Below, one piece after another: positions 16,246-23,768 of a stretch of DNA of 32,000 bases. Source of the stretch: Bellilinea caldifistulae (lineage in GTDB: Bacteria; Chloroflexota; Anaerolineae; Anaerolineales; Anaerolineaceae); the NCBI RefSeq assembly GCF_001306055.1, contig NZ_LGHJ01000012.1, positions 180,001 to 212,000 on the forward strand, written 5' to 3'. The position numbers and the translations under genes were made by a program. Under the pieces are notes generated by a model. It searched no databases. It had not been told where the DNA came from and saw only the letters and a list, made by a program, of their open reading frames with translations. Position 1 is the first letter of the stretch. Each line of letters starts with the position of its first letter.

Positions 16246-19200
16246 TTCATTTCATCCATCAGGTTTTGAAGCGCAACATAGGAAAAAGAGGTAAATTGGG
16301 AAAGTTTGTCCATTTCAATCGTGGAAATATCATCAAAAAGCGAGCCGATAAATTCATTGCCTGCCCCACAAAGACCAACAGATGGTAAATTCGCTGAAAG
16401 TAAGATAGATAACGATAGTGGACAGGTGTAATTCGTTGATTTGATAGAAACGCCGAATGATTCGCCTGTTTTTAAGATTGAATTCCGTAATATCTCAGGA
16501 CTTTCACTAAGGCCCATCTTCTTTTCCAACAATCCATTTAGCCAATCCATTAAGTTTGGATCATCCAGATTGATGCTCATCATCCAATTTTCTCTTACCC
16601 TTGCAATATCTATTTCCTGATTATTGATATCCGATGAACTCAAGTCATTGTCCACAGCGATATATTGCCAGTTACCCGTCTGTGAAATATCTATTACCCC
16701 CACAACACTTGGAATTTCTGTTAAATGATTCTGAATATATGCTATCAGCCCACTATATTGGCTGGCCAGTCCCGGCAACCAGATAAAACGAAGCGTATAA
16801 GGCGTTCCGGATTCAGCAAATTGTCGAGCCAGCTCCAATAGCGTAACCGTCCCTGTAAGGCTTAAATCTGCCGCAGGAGTACCTTCTCTGGCATCGTAAT
16901 GAGTGGTGACCCAAATTTCTTTTTCCGGATATACGCTACCCCGAATGGTTGCTCCCAAAACCTTTGCTTGATAAAACTTTATTTCAACATTTTTCTCCAT
17001 AACTTGTTTTACATCTGAAGAAATTCCTGCAGGGTCTTGAAGCGCAACACCCACAATACCCATGGGAAGAGCACATTTTTTTTCAAGCAGCTCCACCACG
17101 GGATGAATGAAATGGACAGGCTCACGGCTATGACCAGCCAGCATTAACCATCTTTGATCCAAGGAATCACAGACCTCTATCACTTGGTCAATTGGGCTAT
17201 AAATTAACGGTGTTCTTTGGTTCAGAAGATTTGAAGCAAGCTTAAAGTGGGTCGCAGAAGTTACCAGCGACATTGGATTCCCTTCATTGCGATAAGGCAG
17301 TAATTGAAACACAAGATTTTGCTGTTGATCAAAGATATCTGCGGTTTGGTAAGGGACCCACTCTTCATAAACATTCACCCCCATTAAGGATAATTTTTGA
17401 AGCAATATCCGGACAATGATCTCGTTTCGGTCATTCAAGGAAGAAGCGGATTCCATTACCCCATTCAATTCTTTCATAACTTCATTGATTTGATTTTCGT
17501 CTATTGTCAGGTCTCCATTACCTTTGGTGGAAAGCGGAGTTTGCACTGTCGGCAAAGAAGTGATGCGGATAAGATTTCCAGCCAGATAATTAACAAGACC
17601 AATGAAAAGTAAAAGCAGTAACAGAATTTGCCCAAACTTGAAACGATGTGTAGATGAGCGTACGCCCGGAAGATGAAGATACGCCAACGATTTTGAAGTG
17701 CCAACCCAACAAGCGATTAAGATCAGCGCCAAGGCAACTCCAAGGATAGAGAGGTTTAATCCTAGAAAATTTGCAGGGATACCTTTCCAAAATGAAACCG
17801 CTATCATGCCCAATAAAACACCCATAACACCAAAAATCCCCCCCCGCATGAAACTTTCATAAAAGACCATTCTAAAGAGTTGTTTCTTATCCCAACCTAT
17901 GTACACCAAAGTTCTGAATTCAGTTTCTCTTTGTGCCACATTCAGCACAACATTTTGGACGAGAATCAATATCCCTATTAGCAATGAACAAGCGGTCAGG
18001 AGTAAATAATAGGGCGAAAGACTGATCATTAAGTGTTTCCCAAGCAAATTTAGATTCACATCTCCTTTATTAACAGACCAGATATAAATCATTGATACAA
18101 AGGTGAAAGTAATTAAGCCAATAGAAATTCCATTGACGAGATACCGTCTCGGCCGTCGTCTTATTTGATAAAGAACCAATTTACTAAATGTAAAATCAGT
18201 AGAGCAATTTCTTCTTTTTATTGAAGTTTCGCCAAAATGTAGAAGGTGGTAGCTTCTCTTTCTCACCTCATTCATGAACAACGGGAGACTGGACACGATA
18301 GAAACCCCTCCGACAACGCTACCGATGGTCACAATTTCACGAATAGAAATATTCAGATCCAACAAAATGGAGAGAAAAAGGATTAAAACCGTAAGCGGGA
18401 CAATCCCCCAAACGGTGATCCATGAAATATACTTTACCAGCCTTCGAAGAATATAACGATTCTCCCATCCTAGCGCCTTCAACAAACCAATTTCAGGCAG
18501 TGTAGAGAGAACAAATAAATTAGTATTTGTAATAATCAACAAAATAGAGCCGATTAACAAAAGAAGCAATAGAATTAGGTTTATTAAGTTAACACCGCTC
18601 TCAATATATTGGGTAGATCCCAAGGAAGTCCAATTTTCTTCAACGTACCCTATCCCCGGAACATATAAAAGAATTTTTTGGGGAGATGCACCAGCCACAA
18701 TGTCAACATGAAGACCGGTTTTTTCTTGAATTTCGGTGGCAATTCTTTCAATTTTATGAACATTTTCGGATGAATACCCCGATATATCGCGTATTCGCAC
18801 TCTGATCGCATCAATATAGTCAGGCCGTCCCACCAAGTACTGAGCAGCCTCAAGGGTTGTTAAACCTAATGGTGGTCGGGGATTAAAACTACCCGGATTC
18901 AAGCCCGGAGAAAGCAACTTAGGTTCTAGAATGGAACCGTTTTCGTCATATACCAGTACTTCTTGCGGCGGTTCATAAATTCCGAGGGGAACGTAAGATA
19001 GCGGGTCTAATCGCTGGATAATTGACCCAATATTATATACGCCTTTTACATCAGGAATAAATGGCAGCGGCTTAATTGCTTCCAATGAGCGAAAAACAGT
19101 TTGCTCACCATTAAGTAACGGCAAGTTCTTCAAAAATTGGGGGTCAAATTTTGATCTCGCTTCTGCATCCAATTCATTCCGAACAATTTCCTCCCAATTA

Positions 19201-20318
19201 CCATATGGTTTGATACTAAAGTGAGATGGAAAATCTTCCGAACCTTCATGAAATTCATACTTAAAAATGCCGGGACGAAGAATTATATTTGAGTCAAGAG
19301 GTATATAACCTCCTTCTGCCTCCAATCGGGGTGGTTTATTGGTTGAAAAAACTACAGACTGAAGGACAAGCGGACGGAGGGCGCTTGATAAATCATATCT
19401 TTGACGAATTAATACTTCCCCCTTTTGGTCCAATTCCACCATTTTTTCACGCAATACTTCATTCGACTCATCCTCCTTTAACTTCTCGACATCCTCAGAT
19501 TGGATAGGCAGCTTTCGTAATAATATTTCAACACCCAAGTTGATAAAACTTTGACGATTGACCAACAGGGGTATTTTTACTGCCTTTTGTTTAACCCCAT
19601 CTAAACCTACTTTAAGCTCTTCGTTTTGGAGATAGTCCCCCTCTTCAATCGCCTCGTCTAATCCGATTAACTTGGCTTCGGCTTCGGGATCAATCCCTGC
19701 CACCAGTATCCATTGAGGAGGCAAAGAACCAATATTAAGAGAAGCCCAATCTCCTACCATCCCGGCACCGCTAAAAGACAGATCGCCTTTCAAAAAATCA
19801 TTAAATAGAAAATTATCATCGCTTTCAGCAAAATAAGCGCTGGGCGTTGGAAATTCCTGGACGACAGCCTCATCGCCATACCATCCTATTTTCATTTCAT
19901 ATAAATTATTAGGTAGATAGGGCTCAATTCTGACCGCGATGCTCCCCAAATTATTCATCATAAACCCAACCACCGAAATCGGAGCAGCGACTTCCACATC
20001 CGGCATGCTTTTTATCCACTCATATTGTTCTTCCGTGATTCCACCTTGTGATGCTCCAAGGTAATTTCCTTCTACTATGCCATGTTCTTTTTCTACCTGA
20101 GTGATTGCCGTTTGAGGCCGGAGAAGTAAATCATACGCTCCACGCCAATGTTGGGAAAGTTGTGCGGTCGTTTTTATTTCGATTGTGTGAAGGATGATTA
20201 CGAAAACCAATAGACCAACATATAAAATCCCCAGACCAATGATTGTAATCGGAATCTGACTTTCCAAACCCCTTATCAGTTTGATTTGGATTTTTTTGAC
20301 TTTGGCAGAAATATTCAT
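16242..20318 (-). CDS. Giant (about 1358 aa) FtsX/MacB-type ABC permease: TM1, ~530-aa extracytoplasmic domain, FtsX module 1, TM5, short loop, FtsX module 2, TM9, and a ~440-aa C-terminal extracytoplasmic PA/M28-like domain
   Basis: Uninterrupted ORF 16242..20333. ATG at 20318 preferred: GGGGAG 7 nt upstream and a TAATG overlap with the upstream small ORF. FtsX-like helices (e.g. LLKALGWENRYILRRL, FRTLVYIGWDKKQLFRMV). C-terminal motifs WVTTHYDA, PAADLSLTGTVTLLELARQF and VVGVIDIS resemble M28 aminopeptidases. Confidence 0.85.
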   Translation of the reverse strand: MNISAKVKKIQIKLIRGLESQIPITIIGLGILYVGLLVFVIILHTIEIKTTAQLSQHWRGAYDLLLRPQTAITQVEKEHGIVEGNYLGASQGGITEEQYEWIKSMPDVEVAAPISVVGFMMNNLGSIAVRIEPYLPNNLYEMKIGWYGDEAVVQEFPTPSAYFAESDDNFLFNDFLKGDLSFSGAGMVGDWASLNIGSLPPQWILVAGIDPEAEAKLIGLDEAIEEGDYLQNEELKVGLDGVKQKAVKIPLLVNRQSFINLGVEILLRKLPIQSEDVEKLKEDESNEVLREKMVELDQKGEVLIRQRYDLSSALRPLVLQSVVFSTNKPPRLEAEGGYIPLDSNIILRPGIFKYEFHEGSEDFPSHFSIKPYGNWEEIVRNELDAEARSKFDPQFLKNLPLLNGEQTVFRSLEAIKPLPFIPDVKGVYNIGSIIQRLDPLSYVPLGIYEPPQEVLVYDENGSILEPKLLSPGLNPGSFNPRPPLGLTTLEAAQYLVGRPDYIDAIRVRIRDISGYSSENVHKIERIATEIQEKTGLHVDIVAGASPQKILLYVPGIGYVEENWTSLGSTQYIESGVNLINLILLLLLLIGSILLIITNTNLFVLSTLPEIGLLKALGWENRYILRRLVKYISWITVWGIVPLTVLILFLSILLDLNISIREIVTIGSVVGGVSIVSSLPLFMNEVRKRSYHLLHFGETSIKRRNCSTDFTFSKLVLYQIRRRPRRYLVNGISIGLITFTFVSMIYIWSVNKGDVNLNLLGKHLMISLSPYYLLLTACSLLIGILILVQNVVLNVAQRETEFRTLVYIGWDKKQLFRMVFYESFMRGGIFGVMGVLLGMIAVSFWKGIPANFLGLNLSILGVALALILIACWVGTSKSLAYLHLPGVRSSTHRFKFGQILLLLLLFIGLVNYLAGNLIRITSLPTVQTPLSTKGNGDLTIDENQINEVMKELNGVMESASSLNDRNEIIVRILLQKLSLMGVNVYEEWVPYQTADIFDQQQNLVFQLLPYRNEGNPMSLVTSATHFKLASNLLNQRTPLIYSPIDQVIEVCDSLDQRWLMLAGHSREPVHFIHPVVELLEKKCALPMGIVGVALQDPAGISSDVKQVMEKNVEIKFYQAKVLGATIRGSVYPEKEIWVTTHYDAREGTPAADLSLTGTVTLLELARQFAESGTPYTLRFIWLPGLASQYSGLIAYIQNHLTEIPSVVGVIDISQTGNWQYIAVDNDLSSSDINNQEIDIARVRENWMMSINLDDPNLMDWLNGLLEKKMGLSESPEILRNSILKTGESFGVSIKSTNYTCPLSLSILLSANLPSVGLCGAGNEFIGSLFDDISTIEMDKLSQFTSFSYVALQNLMDEMK

Positions 20319-20560
20319 TAAGAATCTCCCCAATTAACCTGAATACAATAACTACTTCCTTCACCCTCGATATAGACATTCCACACTGCTCTGTATTGCG
20401 GAGAAAAAACGGTTTGGGCAGATGGCGATACAGATATCTCTGCTGGTATATAATTCGGCTGAGGGGGTGTTTGCGGGTATCCTAATACATTTGTACTGCC
20501 AATAGCAAGAAACATCATCAATCCTACGAAGAAAATGACAAGTGACTTCTTGAACGTCAT
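20318..20560 (-). CDS. Small secreted protein (80 aa; signal peptide plus ~53-aa mature part), first gene of the island operon
   Basis: ATG 20560 with GGAG 5 nt upstream. Signal peptide MTFKKSLVIFFVGLMMFLAIGSTNVLG. The stop TAA overlaps the permease ATG. Low-GC codon usage like its neighbours. Confidence 0.65.
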   Translation of the reverse strand: MTFKKSLVIFFVGLMMFLAIGSTNVLGYPQTPPQPNYIPAEISVSPSAQTVFSPQYRAVWNVYIEGEGSSYCIQVNWGDS

Positions 20561-20604
20561 TTTTTCTCCGTTTCCAAAAAAGTTCAGAGATGCTCCTGAA
20601 AAAA

Positions 20605-20632
20605 ATTATAATAAAAAACTTACTTCTGTCAA
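20605..20632 (-). promoter_or_regulatory. Consensus sigma70 promoter of the island operon (TTGACA-16-TATAAT)
   Basis: Minus strand: TTGACA (20627-20632), 16-nt spacer, TATAAT (20605-20610), about 45 nt upstream of the small-ORF ATG. Confidence 0.75.
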
Positions 20633-20798
20633 TAATCAGAACCAATTTCTAACCGTAAAGATGGATATTTTTACTTACCTTCTAAACCCCAATGAAAATC
20701 ACAGGACTTTGATGGTTAAGAATTGTTTAGAAAATTAAGATTTGCCCGTTTTTTAGACTTGTTTTTCAAAGAAGGGGCTAATAAGTTATACTTTTGTT

Positions 20799-22004
20799 TT
20801 ACTGCAAAAAATTCAGCGGATCCACCTTGCCGTACACATCGCTGCGCATTTCAAAGTGGAGGTGCGGGCCGGTCGAACGACCGGTGGAACCCATCAAACC
20901 GATCAGATCGCCCTGATAGACACTCTGTCCGCAGACCACATTGATCTGGGAGAGATGGGCGTAGTAAGTCTGCCACCCGTTGCCGTGATCAATCACAATC
21001 AGGTTGCCGTAGCCAAAGTCGTTCCAGCCGGCATAGACAATCACGCCGTTATCGGATGCGTAAATGCCCACACCGGTCGAACCGCCAATATCAATGCCGA
21101 AGTGGTTAATTTCCGGCTGATAGCGGTAACCGGAGATGTAGCGCGTGGCCGCCGGCCAGACGAATGTACTGGTACCCACCGCCCCGTCATACACCGTACC
21201 GCAGTAACCCGGACCAACCGTTTTGGCAACCGCCGGATTATCACGTGTAATACGCGGCATGTTCCAGGTGATGAATTGGCCTTCGCCGCCGGGGATAAAC
21301 AAAACCGTGCCGGGTTGGATATTGGGAGCAGCAAAATCACCCACACTCTCCAGCGTCAGGTTGTTACTGGGCCAGTTGATGATGTCCTCGGGAGTCACTT
21401 TGAAGAAGCGCGAGACAGCATTCAAACCATCCCCCGCATGCCACTCATAAACCGCCCCGTCGGTTGGCGGAATTTTGATCACCTGTCCGGGGGTGATCCA
21501 GTGCGGGTCACCCAGTTCTTTGGGATTGGTCCACATCAGCGATTGGGGCTTGAGGCCAAAACGCTCGGCAATGGTAAACAGGGTATCGCCGGGTTGAATT
21601 TCGTATTCCACAAAATCGAAACGCGGGCGGCTTGGCAGGGTGGTATGCAGCAATGCCAGCCGGAAAATACCATGCACCATGTTGTTTGCGGCCGGGTCAA
21701 AGCGAGGCGGTTCAATGGTCGGGGTAGCCGTGGGCAACGAAGCAGCAACTGCCGCAGTTTGAGGTGTTGCCACCTGACCTTTGAGGTAGAAGTTGCTCAT
21801 CACCCAAACCACCATCAGCACCAGCGCCAGCGAAGCCAAACCGCTACCAATCCGCATGGCGGCCTCTCCCAGCCCCATTTCCACCACGGTTTGCCATAAA
21901 TCGCCTATCCCGCCGGCTTTGAGTGACGGACTGACTGGATCGCTCTGTTTGGTTGAGTCAAGATCGGCACGGAACGGATCGTTCGGTGGCGATGTTTCGG
22001 TCAT
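20799..22004 (-). CDS. Membrane-anchored LysM-domain M23 (LytM-type) peptidoglycan endopeptidase
   Basis: TM anchor LASLALVLMVVWVM. LysM motif YEIQPGDTLFTIAERFGL...GQVIKIP. M23 motifs HFGIDIG and GSTGRSTGPHLHFEMR. Confidence 0.92.
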   Translation of the reverse strand: MTETSPPNDPFRADLDSTKQSDPVSPSLKAGGIGDLWQTVVEMGLGEAAMRIGSGLASLALVLMVVWVMSNFYLKGQVATPQTAAVAASLPTATPTIEPPRFDPAANNMVHGIFRLALLHTTLPSRPRFDFVEYEIQPGDTLFTIAERFGLKPQSLMWTNPKELGDPHWITPGQVIKIPPTDGAVYEWHAGDGLNAVSRFFKVTPEDIINWPSNNLTLESVGDFAAPNIQPGTVLFIPGGEGQFITWNMPRITRDNPAVAKTVGPGYCGTVYDGAVGTSTFVWPAATRYISGYRYQPEINHFGIDIGGSTGVGIYASDNGVIVYAGWNDFGYGNLIVIDHGNGWQTYYAHLSQINVVCGQSVYQGDLIGLMGSTGRSTGPHLHFEMRSDVYGKVDPLNFLQ

Positions 22005-22026
22005 GAATCAGGTTCCTTCTGGTGAC

Positions 22027-22055
22027 AATATAACATATCTAAAACGGATGGTCAA
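22027..22055 (-). promoter_or_regulatory. Sigma70-type promoter for the M23 peptidase gene (TTGACC-17-TGtTATATT)
   Basis: Minus strand: TTGACC (22050-22055), 17-nt spacer, TATATT (22027-22032) with an upstream TG. Confidence 0.6.
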
Positions 22056-22093
22056 GCAACGCTTTACCTACGCACATTCTACGCACCCCCGGC

Positions 22094-22588
22094 TTAACTT
22101 TTCCGACGATCTCCAAACGGAATCAGCATCAAGAAACCAATGGCAATGATGATTTGACCAATTTCAACCCCGCGCGCCTGCCACGGGCCAAAGTACGGCA
22201 CACCCGGCAGGGGATGACTACCCGCCCCGAACACATCCGCCATGCCGGCAAACACGGCAATCACATAACCGGTTGCCACCATGCGCAGGCCGATATCGGC
22301 CAGGATGCTGGGTTGACGTTTTTTCCAAAGCGACATCAGGCTGATATAACCGCCAATGCAGATGAAAGCCAGCCCCACCAGAAACACCGCAATCTGCACA
22401 AAACCAATCACCGGGCTGCGGTCAAGCCCGAACAGGCTGGGGCGTGCCCCCAGCAGGAAGATGACAAAACCCAGCAAAGTCAGGGCTAACCCAACCCGCA
22501 CACGCCGCAGGGAGAAAATCTGATTAGGGCGGCTTTCAACCGGCTGTGAGGCCGACGCAGAGGGAGAAGATCCGGATAGTGAGGTCAT
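22094..22588 (-). CDS. Hypothetical integral membrane protein (about 4 TM helices)
   Basis: The ATG overlaps the dipeptidase stop (ATGA). Hydrophobic helices throughout. No recognisable motif. Confidence 0.7.
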   Translation of the reverse strand: MTSLSGSSPSASASQPVESRPNQIFSLRRVRVGLALTLLGFVIFLLGARPSLFGLDRSPVIGFVQIAVFLVGLAFICIGGYISLMSLWKKRQPSILADIGLRMVATGYVIAVFAGMADVFGAGSHPLPGVPYFGPWQARGVEIGQIIIAIGFLMLIPFGDRRKS

Positions 22589-23691
22589 GCGGGCAGGGTT
22601 TGCTCCAGAATGCGGGTCCAGTTGGCATGCGCAATGGCATGCAAGTCTTGTTCCGAAAAACCGCGCTCCATCAGCTGGTCGGCCAGTTTCGGCAAATCTG
22701 CAATGGTATCCATTTCCAGTGGCACAGCCGGAAAGCCAAATCCACCGTCAAAATCTGTGCCGATACCCACGTGACGCACACTGCCGGTCACCTGACAGAT
22801 GTGATCCACGTGATCGGCAAGATGGCTGAGGGTGACCCATTCGCGCGGTTCACCATTTTTCCATCCGCTGCGCAAAAAACGGTTGAACGGCACCACACCG
22901 ATCACCCCGTCCCGTTCAGCCAGCCGGCGAATAACCCGGTCCGAAAGATGGCGGGCACGCGCCGAGTCATCCTTCAACAGCGCAGCTGCATTGCAGTGGC
23001 TGGCTATGACGGCGCCCTCGTAACGGTCCAGCGCCTGTAGGGCTGATATTTCATTCATGTGGGCAATATCCAGAGTATAGCCGATTTCTGCCATCTGTTC
23101 CAGAAGACGGTAACCCTCCGGGGTAAAGCCTTCGCCCTCGTACATGCCGCCGCAATAACGCGTTCCCGCCCAAACCGGCCCAATCAGGCGCAATCCTTCC
23201 TGCCACCATTCTTCCAGCTCGTGCTGATCGCGCACCCCTTCAGCACCTTCCATGCTCAAAACCATTCCAACCGGTTGAGTTTGCTGTGGGAAGAGCGGCG
23301 GTGCGGTCAGCCAGCGCTCCACATGCGCGCGCAGCTCGGCACGGGTGCGAATCAGGCAAAACTGATCGGGCGACCGGTCGCACAGATTCAGGTAGTAATC
23401 GAACTGCGCCCGGGTCAGACGGTAGGCTTCTTCATAAGTGGCAAAGTCCAGTTTTTCCCAGGCGCCGGTTTTATAACGACGCGGCATGACAAACAGCGTG
23501 GCAATGATCAGCCCAATGCCCCCGCGTTGATACTCCTCCCATCCGCAGAGCGCCTCGCCGTTCACCGCCACGGTGGAACTGCCCGCCTCGCCCCGGCGGG
23601 TTTCGTAAGCCGAAAGGCGAATATCCCGGCCAAAAGTCAGGGCATTGTAGGCAATATCCTGATGAGCATCAATCCACATGAGAGGTTTCAT
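22585..23691 (-). CDS. Membrane (renal-type) dipeptidase, peptidase family M19
   Basis: Motifs IDAHQDIAYN, DIAHMN, ASHCNA and GIGTDFDGGFG are characteristic of the M19 family. Confidence 0.85.
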   Translation of the reverse strand: MKPLMWIDAHQDIAYNALTFGRDIRLSAYETRRGEAGSSTVAVNGEALCGWEEYQRGGIGLIIATLFVMPRRYKTGAWEKLDFATYEEAYRLTRAQFDYYLNLCDRSPDQFCLIRTRAELRAHVERWLTAPPLFPQQTQPVGMVLSMEGAEGVRDQHELEEWWQEGLRLIGPVWAGTRYCGGMYEGEGFTPEGYRLLEQMAEIGYTLDIAHMNEISALQALDRYEGAVIASHCNAAALLKDDSARARHLSDRVIRRLAERDGVIGVVPFNRFLRSGWKNGEPREWVTLSHLADHVDHICQVTGSVRHVGIGTDFDGGFGFPAVPLEMDTIADLPKLADQLMERGFSEQDLHAIAHANWTRILEQTLPA

Positions 23692-23706
23692 ATCGGCGGG
23701 GGAGTG

Positions 23707-23735
23707 AAAGAGACGCCCTGAAACGGCGTCTCTTT
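23707..23735 (-). terminator. Hairpin downstream of rpsA (weak U-tract terminator)
   Basis: AAAGAGACGCC / GGCGTCTCTTT stem (23707-23717 / 23725-23735) with a 7-nt loop. Only a short T-rich tail. Confidence 0.5.
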
Positions 23736-23768
23736 AATCTTACACCTGTTTTTCAACAGACAACTCGC

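Larger units (their letters stand above)
15402..20798 (-). other. Low-GC genomic island (about 5.4 kb) adjacent to the tRNA genes; no integrase or att repeats identified
   Basis: Abrupt composition change: the 60-nt line at 16261 counts 22 G+C against 34 G+C for the line at 9241. AT-rich codon usage (AAA, ATT, TTT). The boundaries coincide with the tRNA-Val terminator and the stop of the M23 gene. Confidence 0.75.

Noticed and set aside
16240-16255. (TTTCA)3 pentanucleotide repeat at the permease-stop/ATPase-start junction as a possible slippage switch.
   Set aside because: Only three units are present. It simply encodes ...EMK-stop / MKN... in AT-rich DNA. There is no evidence of length variation.
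20131-20379. Alternative-frame 82-aa ORF overlapping the small-ORF/permease junction, considered as a continuation of a longer PKD-like protein.
   Set aside because: The translation shows no PKD-like or other motif and no RBS. The permease frame has a bona fide FtsX N-terminus starting there.
15402-20798. Calling the low-GC block an integrative mobile element (tRNA-targeted island with att sites).
   Set aside because: There is no integrase, recombinase or transposase ORF. I could not find a duplication of the tRNA-Val 3' end near 20700-20800. It is reported only as a compositionally foreign island.
20535-20944. Plus-strand small ORFs (20535-20738, 20723-20944) in the island/M23 intergenic region.
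   Set aside because: They overlap the strong minus-strand promoter/RBS region or the M23 coding sequence. They have no RBS and only low-complexity translations.
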